A DNA stretch of 64,000 nucleotides. It comes from Nitrospirota bacterium (GTDB lineage Bacteria; Nitrospirota; Nitrospiria; 2-01-FULL-66-17). A program made the translations under genes and the position numbers. Positions 1-8,421 of the stretch are shown in pieces. Within the stretch, counting starts at the first letter, position 1; each line of letters opens with the position of its first letter. Location of the stretch: NCBI GenBank assembly GCA_049325335.1, contig JBMOMC010000002.1, forward strand, positions 1 to 64,000. Direction: 5' to 3'. A model generated the notes under the pieces. The model was not told where the DNA came from. It was given only the letters and a program-made list of their open reading frames with translations, and searched no databases.

Positions 1-113
1 GGCCTTGCCCCAGTTGCGGGCCGCCTTGCTCCGGCGAGCGGCCTCGGCCACCGAGACCACCGTGCACGCAGCATAGGGATCACACAGGAGCCGCGATCGA
101 ATCTCAACTAAAA

Positions 114-356
114 ATGGGATTGACTCAAGCGGCCTTGTGGGAATCTTTCCAGAATCTTCGTACTGCTCGAAATAAGTTTGTTCATGAGGGCTCGGCTATA
201 GTTGGTGGAAGGCCTGTCTCGTTGGAGGACACTATTCGGTTAATAGCGCGGTGCAAGGATATCGTGGAGTGTGTTCGACAATGGCTGCCACCCACTATCC
301 AATGGCCACGATTCCAACATTCCGTGACTCTCAAGTTCCAATCTCCAGTTATTTGA
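114..356 (+). pseudogene. C-terminal remnant of a HEPN-domain protein
   Basis: ORF contains LRTARNKFVHEG (R-x4-H HEPN motif). It is short, AT-richer than the core genes and lies among other gene debris. Confidence 0.45.
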
Positions 357-390
357 TGGTCCCTACAAGCACTTTGCTGGTGAGGGCTTT

Positions 391-530
391 ATGGAACGCA
401 TGAACGAGTACCGCACGCTCAGACGCACTGGGCTCAGAGTATCTCCGTTCGGTCTTGGGGTGATGACGTATGGGTGGGGGGGGCGGACAAGCCGGCGGCG
501 AGGGCCATGTTCGATTTGTACCGCGATTAA
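391..530 (+). pseudogene. Aldo/keto reductase N-terminal fragment, frameshifted and truncated
   Basis: Reads MNEYRTLRRTGLRVSPFGLGVMTYGW, then a frameshift in the G8 run (476-483) to GADKPAARAMFDLYRD-stop. This is the classic AKR N-terminus. Confidence 0.75.
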
Positions 531-534
531 ATAT

Positions 535-570
535 CAGGCGGTGGCTCAGTTTCCCGAGTCACCGCCCTGA
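535..570 (-). terminator. Hairpin/intrinsic terminator downstream of the truncated FIST copy
   Basis: Inverted repeat tcaggcggtggctc...gagtcaccgccctga followed by TATTT on the minus strand. Confidence 0.45.
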
Positions 571-599
571 TGCCGTTTCACGGTCGCAGTGTGTGGGCG

Positions 600-1002
600 C
601 TAGTCCGGCAAGGCGCACACCACTGACGTGGAGTTGTGCCAGCCGTTGAACAGGCCGCCGTACTGGGCGATTTCGCCGTAGGTGGCGAATCCCACGATGG
701 GCGTGCCTTTCGCGAACACGCTCGCGATCGCGTCGACTTCAGCGCCGAATTTGTTGCCGAGGACGGTCTTGCGGCAGATGCAATCGAACACCAAGACCCC
801 GGAGGCGGTGCTTTCGCCGAGATTCTTCTTGGCCTCCTCTGAGGCTTCGGTGGCAGCCTGGATGAGTCGTTTGGCGTCTGAATCCACGATACAGATCATG
901 GATCCCTGGGGGACTTCCGCCGCCATCTGCAGCGATCCGTCGGGATTGACCTTGAAGGGGGCGCGGATCTTGGTGAAGAACCCGGCCTGAATCGCCAGCT
1001 CG
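600..1002 (-). pseudogene. Truncated duplicate (3' ~400 bp) of the FIST-domain gene
   Basis: Nearly identical to 1838-2240 at DNA and protein level. Similarity stops at the palindromic element starting at ~1001. Confidence 0.85.
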
Positions 1003-1122
1003 GGGACTGAAGGAGGGACGGTCCCAAGTAAGTAAGTTTTCTAAATTGCCGATTGTGCACCCCCGGGGCGGCCTATTCACAACTTGTTTACTTTCTTGGG
1101 ACCGTCCCCTGTCAGTCCCCGA
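1000..1122. repeat. REP/MITE-like element with ~35-bp imperfect terminal inverted repeats
   Basis: Left end cggggactgaaggagggacggtcccaagtaagtaa. The right end's reverse complement reads cggggactgacaggggacggtcccaagaaagtaa. Confidence 0.75.
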
Positions 1123-1276
1123 AGCGGGAGCAGGTGGGATTGAATCTGAACGCGTTGGCGATTTCACTTCCGTCCGTGATCGAGCGCCGACTCACCGAGG
1201 TGAGCTGGCCCGAGTCTCCCGAGCTCGATCACGTCTTCGAGCCCACCATGAAATATTGGGGGTCAGAGTACTGTAG

Positions 1277-1645
1277 TTATTTGGCCATTTTTATCGTCGC
1301 GGCCACGTGTTTGGGGTGTAGGTGGCAATAGACGCGGTGTTCCGCGGCCGATGGGTCGATGTTCGCGAACGGCACCGTGATGGTCTTCTCTTCGCCCGCT
1401 TTGATGACTTCCTGGACCTTCATGGTGTCGATGGCAAACCCGTGTTCGGCGGCCAAGGTGTTTTTCACCTTCAAGGTCACCGGCCCTTTGAGATCGATGG
1501 TGCCGCCGCCTTCCCAGACCTTGGCCCCGTCCTTTTCCACTGTGGTGAATGTAAGCTCTGCGCCCTGAGCCGACAGAGATGCCCCGGTCACCGCGACAAC
1601 AGCCAGGATGAGTACGAAGAATAGTCGGACCGAAGATGACGTCAT
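1277..1645 (-). CDS. Secreted cupredoxin, nitrosocyanin-like
   Basis: GGAGG RBS then ATG at 1645; signal peptide; motifs [28 protein letters not shown]. Confidence 0.75.
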   Translation of the reverse strand: [122 protein letters not shown]

Positions 1646-1692
1646 GGGGTTACCTCCAGGTGACAATCGAGTGTGGTGCTTCAACCGGCGGC

Positions 1693-1722
1693 ATTGTATG
1701 GGGGCTGCAGGAATGGTGTCAA
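1693..1722 (-). promoter_or_regulatory. sigma70-type promoter for the cupredoxin
   Basis: TTGACA-18nt-TACAAT on the minus strand. Confidence 0.5.
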
Positions 1723-1837
1723 CGGCGCCGTCCTGTGTCGGTGAATGAGCCTGCCGAGAAAGTAATCGAAACTGTCGGGAATGACTCAATTTCACGAGTC
1801 ACTCCCCTTATTCGACTTTTGCGGGGCTCTTTGCGGG

Positions 1838-3019
1838 CTAGTCCGGCAGGGCGCATACCACCGAGGTGGAGTTGTGCCAGCCGTTGAACAGGCCGCCGTA
1901 TTGGGCGATTTCGCCGTAGGTGGCGAATCCCACGATGGGCGTGTCTTTCGCGAACACGCTCGCGATCGCGTCGATTTCATCGACGAATTTGCTGCCGAGG
2001 ATGGTCTTCCGGCAGATGCAATCGAACACCAAGACCCCGGAGGCGGTGCTTTCGCCAAGATTCTTCTTGGCTTCCTCTGCGGCTTCGGTGGCCGCCTGGG
2101 TGAGTCGTTTGGCGTCCGAATCCACAATACAGATCATGGATCCCTGGGGGACTTCCGCCGCCATTTGCAGCGACCCGTCGGGATTGGCCTTGAAGGGGGC
2201 GCGAATCTTGGTGAAGAACCCGGCCTGAATCGCCAGCTCGTGGTCCATCATGAACGCGGGCGCGCTTTCACGGGTCAGGTCCACGCCTCGGCTCTTGGCG
2301 AACGCCAGGTACGCGTCGAAGGCCGGTTTGCCGTCGATCTCGTGCAGCACGGCCCCGGCTGATTTGGTCACGTGCATCGGCTTGGTGCAATTGTTCATGC
2401 CGTGTTTCGCGCCGATGCCGATCCGATTCTTCGAAAAGATTTTGACGAGTACCACCGCCTCCGACAGCACCTCGTCGCCGTAGAACAGATTCGAGCCGAT
2501 GAACTTGCCGTCGTCGCCGGCTGCTCCGCCCACCACCTGGCCGAACGCGCCGATTTGCTGCCGGAGGGAGTTGACCATGCCTTCGCCGTCTCCGAGAAAC
2601 GGATCGATGAACATCATCACGGTGGCGTGGACGTAGTCCTTCTTGCTCATGGCCCGGCACTGCGACTGGAAGTCTTTGACCGCGTTCGTCAACGCGGCCG
2701 GGTTGGTCTTGAGGCCCACGACCTTGACCGGTTCGAAGATGATGTTGTCGGATTTCACCGCCATGACTTCCACCGAGTTGGTGTTCGGACCCAGCTCGGT
2801 GAATTCGCCCGCGGTCGTACACCCCACGATGGTGGACGCGCCGGAGGCGGTTCGAATCTCCTTCAACAAGGCCTTCAGGTCGTAGACCGTGGAGGCAAAG
2901 ACGATGACGATGTCGGGAGGTCCCTCGGTAATATTTTTCAGGGCCTGGGACACCGCTTCACGCGCGGCGGTCACCGCGTTTTCTTTCCGTGAAAACCCGC
3001 TTCCAGTCTTCGTGGCCAT
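1838..3019 (-). CDS. FIST N/C-domain signal-transduction protein
   Basis: Motifs IVGCTTAGEF, VVGGAAGDD, FDCICR, GFATYGEI, HNSTSV. RBS GGAGG precedes the ATG at 3019. Confidence 0.9.
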   Translation of the reverse strand: MATKTGSGFSRKENAVTAAREAVSQALKNITEGPPDIVIVFASTVYDLKALLKEIRTASGASTIVGCTTAGEFTELGPNTNSVEVMAVKSDNIIFEPVKVVGLKTNPAALTNAVKDFQSQCRAMSKKDYVHATVMMFIDPFLGDGEGMVNSLRQQIGAFGQVVGGAAGDDGKFIGSNLFYGDEVLSEAVVLVKIFSKNRIGIGAKHGMNNCTKPMHVTKSAGAVLHEIDGKPAFDAYLAFAKSRGVDLTRESAPAFMMDHELAIQAGFFTKIRAPFKANPDGSLQMAAEVPQGSMICIVDSDAKRLTQAATEAAEEAKKNLGESTASGVLVFDCICRKTILGSKFVDEIDAIASVFAKDTPIVGFATYGEIAQYGGLFNGWHNSTSVVCALPD

Positions 3020-3067
3020 AACACCCTCCTCACCAGATGATGGCACCGTGGGATCCCGCACCGAGTG

Positions 3068-3095
3068 AGTATAAAGAGGGTGGGTGTCGTGTCAA
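3068..3095 (-). promoter_or_regulatory. sigma70-type promoter for the FIST gene
   Basis: TTGACA-16nt-TATACT. Confidence 0.55.
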
Positions 3096-3280
3096 CGAAA
3101 TGTCGGAGACCGGCTTCGGTGAACGCCATGGCCATTGAAAGCGAGCGGTCGTCACAGTACGATGAGAAATGCGATGAGAAATCGGGACCGATGAGGAATC
3201 GGGATGGATTTATTTAACTGTGACTATGCGAAAAGGCGGCGGGTCATTGATCGCTATAGCCGGTCATACTGTTTTCCTAT

Positions 3281-4468
3281 TTGGATGAAGAGGGCCGGGA
3301 CTGTGCGCGTGGTCAACGTGCCGGAGATTCGGTCCTGAATTTCCCGGTATGGCGTGATTTCACCGCGCGGTTGTTGCGCGCGGGCCTGGTCTTTGTCGGT
3401 CTGGTCATGGTGATCGTGGTCACCCATGCAGCCGGGGTGTTTTCACGTGCGGCGTGGGCTCAGCCCGATCGGGCGGAGCAACCGAGACCCTCCGAGGAGT
3501 CGGCTGGCGCCGCGGGCGTCATTGACCGGGCGCACGAGCTGATCTCTTCAGGGATTACCGATACTGCGGACCGCATCGACGCCTTCCTGGGCGATGAGCG
3601 CATGTACGAGGAGGCGAACCGGAGCTCGCTCACCGTGGCTGTTCTGCGCGTGACTGATGAGACGGGGATGGAGGTCAACGGTCGGATCCGATTAAAGATC
3701 GTGCTCCCCAAACTCCAACGTCGTCTCCACCTGGTCATCGCCGAAGACGATGAGATCGAGGGGCCCTCTGGACCGGATGAAGGGGACGCGGGAATCGGAC
3801 CGCTCGTAACGAAGTCCTCGCGGGGAGATCTGACCTCGGCGCTCCGGCTGCTCCTGCGTGCGACGCAGGAGTATCACGTCTATGTTGACGGCGGGGTCCG
3901 GGTGCGAACTGACCCCACGGTGTTTGCCCGGCTGCGGTATCGACGGAGCGCTGAATGGACCCACTGGGCCGCGCGGTTTACCCAGGGGGTCAAGTGGGAA
4001 GAGGCGTTTGCCGGACACCCCTTTCACTGGGAGGCGATGTCGCGATTCGACGTGGAACGCCCGCTGGCCTCGGCGTTCTTTTTCCGCACCTCGCTCCAAG
4101 GGACCTGGACCGAAGGGCGACACGGGTATGTGGTCGACCAGGGATTCTCGCTCGTTCAGCGCATCACTCCCCAACGAGGCTTGCTGTATCAGTGGAACAC
4201 GGCGGCCCAAACGGGCCGAGGCTTCAAGACCGAGAACACCATCGAGGTGATGGTGGATCCTGACCGTCGGTTTCGCGTCGTGGAAACCGGCGGGACGATT
4301 CGCTACCGCCAGAGCGTGTGGCGCCCGTGGTTGTTTGTCGAGGCGGGACCCGAGTTGGCCTTCCGGCGCGACCTGGATTCGGATTCACGGTTTGACGGGA
4401 TCTGGCGGTATCTCGTGAAGATCGAAGCGCAGTTCCTGGCGATGGGGCGGATAACCGGGACGGACTAA
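3281..4468 (+). CDS. Hypothetical exported protein, probable outer-membrane beta-barrel (start uncertain)
   Basis: N-terminal hydrophobic segment, amphipathic beta-strand pattern rich in Y/W/R, motif RQSVWRPWLFVEAGPEL. Confidence 0.6.
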   Translation: MDEEGRDCARGQRAGDSVLNFPVWRDFTARLLRAGLVFVGLVMVIVVTHAAGVFSRAAWAQPDRAEQPRPSEESAGAAGVIDRAHELISSGITDTADRIDAFLGDERMYEEANRSSLTVAVLRVTDETGMEVNGRIRLKIVLPKLQRRLHLVIAEDDEIEGPSGPDEGDAGIGPLVTKSSRGDLTSALRLLLRATQEYHVYVDGGVRVRTDPTVFARLRYRRSAEWTHWAARFTQGVKWEEAFAGHPFHWEAMSRFDVERPLASAFFFRTSLQGTWTEGRHGYVVDQGFSLVQRITPQRGLLYQWNTAAQTGRGFKTENTIEVMVDPDRRFRVVETGGTIRYRQSVWRPWLFVEAGPELAFRRDLDSDSRFDGIWRYLVKIEAQFLAMGRITGTD

Positions 4469-4504
4469 GGCGTTCTCAGCGCCGGAACGTGTGGGGGAAA
4501 CCGG

Positions 4505-5908
4505 CTAAATGCCCCTGGTCCGTTGATGGTCGTCGGGCACCAGGACCGGCTGCGATTGGCCCGGCACCCAATCCAGTTCCAAGTCCATGGTGTCGTAGAC
4601 AAAGTCCTTGCCGGTAAAGTCCAAGATCTTGGGGATCGGCAGCTTGCGACGCGACGGACACGGACGGCCCATGTGATTGGTGAACTCGTCGGGGAAATGT
4701 TTGAGAATCGTGCGCACGATCAGGGATTCCGCGTTGATCAGGAAGCAGCGTCCCTTGCCGGGCATGCGTTCGGTGATCTCCCACGCCTCCAACATGTCGG
4801 CTTCGGTGCCGGTGCCCTGTTCGACCTTCAAGATCAGGTTCGTGATTTCCTTGCTGCTCCAGTTACAGGAGAAACACTGGCCGCAGCTTTCATTGGCGAA
4901 GAACCGGGAAAAATTGTACGCTACGTGGACCATGCAGGCGGTGTCGTCGTACACGATGACACAGCCAGAACCGAGTCCGGAGTCCACCTTTTTGAGGGAA
5001 TCGAAGTCCAAGGGGGTATCGAACGTGTCCGGCGTCAACAAACCGGCCGAGGGGCCTCCGGGGAACGCGGCTTTAAATTTCCGGCCCGGCTTAGGGCCGC
5101 CCGCCGTCGCCAGCAATTGCGTCATGGTGGTGCCCATCGGCAACTCGTAGTACCCGGGTTTGCTCACGTCGCCGGACACGGTCCAAATAAAGTTGCCGGG
5201 GCTTCGCGGCGGGCCGATGACCTTAAACCAATCCGCGCCGTTTCGCATAATATGCGCGACGTGGGAGAGCGTTTCCACGTTGTTGACCACCACCGGCGAG
5301 GCGATCCCGCCGCCCGAAAACGGCAGGCCCCATTCAAACGGCTTGACCTGGCGCGGCATGGCCGGATTGCCCATGATGGTCTCGAGCATCGCGGTTTCTT
5401 CACCCAGGAGATACGTGGCTGGGCCGATCGTTAATTCGGCATGGACGCCGCGCCCGGAATTACACACATTAGGCCCGAGATATCCCTTGGCTTCGCACTC
5501 GGCAATGGCGTCCAACATTCGTTTGATTTGCGCGTGGAAGATCTCCTTCACGCAGATAAAGGCCTTGTCCGCGCCGATGGTCAGTGACGCGATGGCCACG
5601 CCCTCGAGCAGTTGATACGGGTTGAGCATCATCAAGGGGCGGTCCTTATACGTGCCCGGCTCCCCTTCGGCGCCGTTGCACACCAGGTATTTGCGGCCGT
5701 CCGGGGATTCTTTTTGGCGGGTGCCCGCCCACTTGATGCCGGTGGGAAATCCCGCGCCGCCGCGTCCCCGCAACCCGGACCTCTTGATCTCGTCGATCAC
5801 GGCTTCCGGGGTCATGGACAGGGCGCGTTCCAACCCCTTCCAGCCCCCGGTCTTGGCGTACTCTTCGGCGGACGTGATCGGTTTTTCAGGCAGCAAATAT
5901 GCGGGCAC
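4505..5908 (-). CDS. Stand-alone NuoF/Nqo1-family FMN-NAD(H)-[4Fe-4S] protein (paralog 1)
   Basis: Motifs SGLRGRGGAGFPTG, EGEPGTYKD, GEETA, NNVETL, ESCGQCFSC...C. No nuoE neighbour. Confidence 0.9.
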   Translation of the reverse strand: MPAYLLPEKPITSAEEYAKTGGWKGLERALSMTPEAVIDEIKRSGLRGRGGAGFPTGIKWAGTRQKESPDGRKYLVCNGAEGEPGTYKDRPLMMLNPYQLLEGVAIASLTIGADKAFICVKEIFHAQIKRMLDAIAECEAKGYLGPNVCNSGRGVHAELTIGPATYLLGEETAMLETIMGNPAMPRQVKPFEWGLPFSGGGIASPVVVNNVETLSHVAHIMRNGADWFKVIGPPRSPGNFIWTVSGDVSKPGYYELPMGTTMTQLLATAGGPKPGRKFKAAFPGGPSAGLLTPDTFDTPLDFDSLKKVDSGLGSGCVIVYDDTACMVHVAYNFSRFFANESCGQCFSCNWSSKEITNLILKVEQGTGTEADMLEAWEITERMPGKGRCFLINAESLIVRTILKHFPDEFTNHMGRPCPSRRKLPIPKILDFTGKDFVYDTMDLELDWVPGQSQPVLVPDDHQRTRGI

Positions 5909-6078
5909 CGTGGCCTCCTCTGGTCAACACGCCGGATCAGCGGGACCGGCGTGAGTCAAAAATGAGCAATATATCGCACAGTTCACGGTAAATCGCAATC
6001 ATTCAAACCATTGGAAGATCGACGAAGGCGACCAGAATATCGAGAAGTGACCGAGAAGTCAATCAGCGCGGGGCGCAG

Positions 6079-6612
6079 CTAAATGTCCATGCGGGGGGCG
6101 CAGCGGCTGTTGCGTTTGAGCGCGGCCGCGTCGTCTTGCAAGGTCAATGTATACGCGGTCGCCTCATCCGTCACGGCGCGCCGCTCCAAGATCAACGTAG
6201 TCTGGCCGTCGTCCCACATTTCCACGTCGCCGCCCGGCGTAGGCAGGTGAAACCCGGTCCCGTATTTGCCGGTGGCGACGTCTACAAAGGTCTGCCACGA
6301 GGTGCGGGCCGAGTACGCGGAGGAGTAGATCACTTCAATGTGCGCCAACCGATCGCCGTCAAACGACGCGGTGACTCCGTAGATGTCGGACGGGACCCGC
6401 GTGACCGCAAACACGCGGCTGGCGGGATTCCGGCTGACCTCTTCGGCGGGCGTGTTCGCCGTGAACTCCTCGATCGTCATGCCGAGTTGGAGCGAGTGAA
6501 ACCCGCGATAGATCGACGCGGCCTGCGCCGCGGATTGCTCGCCCGCAAACCCGACGGCCGCGACCGCGGCCAGCGTCATGCCCACGAGCTGTGACAGCCA
6601 GGGAAACATCAT
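6079..6612 (-). CDS. Hypothetical exported protein
   Basis: Signal-peptide-like N-terminus and coding-like GC-rich frame; start uncertain. Confidence 0.6.
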   Translation of the reverse strand: MMFPWLSQLVGMTLAAVAAVGFAGEQSAAQAASIYRGFHSLQLGMTIEEFTANTPAEEVSRNPASRVFAVTRVPSDIYGVTASFDGDRLAHIEVIYSSAYSARTSWQTFVDVATGKYGTGFHLPTPGGDVEMWDDGQTTLILERRAVTDEATAYTLTLQDDAAALKRNSRCAPRMDI

Positions 6613-6695
6613 GACAGTGTAGGGCACGGTTGGATGGGAAGGCAACCGTGTCTACGACACGGTCGGACGATCTGTGCCGAAACCATGCGAAGGGC

Positions 6696-6989
6696 AAAAG
6701 ACAACCCGGAAGCGGATCGTGTGATCCTAGTGCGGCTCCGGCGTCCGCGCTTCCGGGTCTGGTGGCGCTGGGCATTGTCCCAGCTCCGCCGAAAGAAGGG
6801 GCGTGGCTAGGACGCCGCCACCTCACTCGCCGTAGGGTTGGTACTGCCCACTGGACCACCTCCTTTCATCGGCGGGACACTGCCGCGCGCGGACCCAGCC
6901 CGCGAGCTCCCATTCACCGGACCGCCGCTGCCCGGCTCCTGGGTCGCCTCCCCCCTGCGGGAGACTCGGGGAGGAGTGACTCCCCTATG
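6696..6989 (-). ncRNA. Candidate structured RNA containing a small ORF
   Basis: Extended -10 TGnTATAGT (~6996-7004), several GC stems, terminal 12-bp stem plus U tract, no credible long ORF. Confidence 0.55.
6807..6851 (-). CDS. Small ORF MGSTNPTASEVAAS (14 aa; an in-frame ATG at 6869 gives 20 aa)
   Basis: AAAGGAGGTGGTCCA immediately precedes the GTG; stop TAG lies inside a GTGGC/GCCAC hairpin. Confidence 0.5.
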   Translation of the reverse strand: MGSTNPTASEVAAS

Positions 6990-7071
6990 CGAAAAACTAT
7001 AACACAGTCTGGCGGCCGGCGCGACGGTCGGGCGTACGATACAACTCGGGCGGTTGAAAACGACGTCCGCG

Positions 7072-8185
7072 CTATTTTTTCCCCGCCGCTCCCGCGGCCT
7101 GTTGCATCAAGTACGCTTCGATGAATTCGTCGATCCCGCCGTCCATCACCGCGGAGACCTGGCCGACTTCCTTGCCGGTGCGGTGGTCTTTGACCATTTG
7201 GTAGGGTTGGAAGACGTACGAGCGGATCTGGCTGCCCCATGCGATGTCTTTTTTCTCGCCGGTGAGTTTGGCCATCTCCTCTTCCTTCTTCTGTTGCTCG
7301 AGCGCGTAGAGTTCGGCGCGCAGCACCTTCATCGCCACTTCTTTATTTTGGTGTTGCGACCGTTCGTTTTGGCACTGGGTGACGACGCCGGTGGGGATGT
7401 GGGTGATCCGGATCGCGGAGGAGGTCTTGTTCACGTGCTGGCCGCCTGCGCTGGAGGCGCGGTACGTGTCGATGCGCAGGTCCTTCTCGTCGATTACGAT
7501 GTCGATGTCGTCCTCGATCTCCGGATACACGAATACCGAGGCAAAGCTGGTGTGGCGGCGCTTGTTCGCGTCGAACGGCGAGATGCGGACCAGTCGGTGC
7601 ACGCCGGCTTCGGCGCGCAGGCGGCCGTACGCGTATTCGCCGTTGACCGTGAACGTCACGCTTTTGATCCCGGCCTCGTCACCCGGTTGCAGGTCGAGCA
7701 CCTGCACGCCGTAGCCCGCGCGTTCGGCCCACCGCACGTACATGCGCATCAACATTTGGGCCCAGTCTTGCGATTCGGTACCGCCCGCGCCGGGATGGAT
7801 GGTCACGATTGCGCTATTGGTGTCCTTGTCCCCGGACAGGAGCTTCTCCTGCTCCAAGCTGGAGATTGCACGCTCCAAGGCATCGAGTTGGGTGGAGAGT
7901 TCCGCGAGCAGCGAATCATCTCCGCCTTTTGAGAGCTCGATCGCCGCGGTCACGTCGTCGATCATGGATTCGACGGCTCGCCATTGGTCCATTTCGCGCA
8001 GCAGACGGGCTTTTTCCTGCGTGAGGCTCTTGGCCTTTCGCTGGTTGTTCCAGAAGTTCGGTTCGGCGGTGAGCCGTTCGAGTTCGTCGAGGCGGTCGGT
8101 CAGGCGAGCCGGGTCAAAGATACCCCCGCAGGGCGATGGTGCGCTGACGGAGGGATTCGAATCGGCTTTGGTAGTCTTCTAACAT
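7072..8185 (-). CDS. prfB: Peptide chain release factor 2 with programmed +1 frameshift
   Basis: SPF and GGQ motifs. A 23-codon first frame from ATG 8185 ends in GGGGGTATCTT-TGA-C (8113-8127), and the +1 frame continues to 7072. Confidence 0.97.
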
Positions 8186-8203
8186 TACGGCGTCCCTTCC
8201 TTA

Positions 8204-8346
8204 GGAGGCTGTCCATGAAAGGCCATCTGCGGCGCTGTCAGTCGGCCATGCGTGCTCACGTTTTTGTAGGGGCGTATTGCATACGCCCCTACCGGCGCGC
8301 AAGGACCTCCCTCCGCCTTGCATCTGGCCTTCCCTGAACAGCCTCC
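8204..8346. repeat. Palindromic repeat family copy A (with internal GTAGGGGCG REP hairpin)
   Basis: ggaggctgtccatgaaaggccatctgcggcg ... gcatctggccttccctgaacagcctcc. Confidence 0.85.
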
Positions 8347-8421
8347 ACACTGGGTGACTCGGATAGGCTTCTGAAAATTTGGATCAGGCGCGGGGATTCT
8401 ATCACGTCGCGCGGCCGCGCG

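Noticed and set aside
600..2240. FIST duplicate as a DGR template/variable repeat pair
   Set aside because: Substitutions involve all bases and are mostly synonymous, not adenine-specific. There is no reverse transcriptase in the window.
6696..6989. tmRNA, 6S RNA, RNase P RNA or a 16S rRNA fragment
   Set aside because: I could not recognise tRNA-like acceptor/T-arm ends or RNase P/6S signatures. The 16S match is limited to ~17 nt of the tail.
7072..8185. prfB as a pseudogene
   Set aside because: The internal stop lies in the canonical programmed frameshift context.
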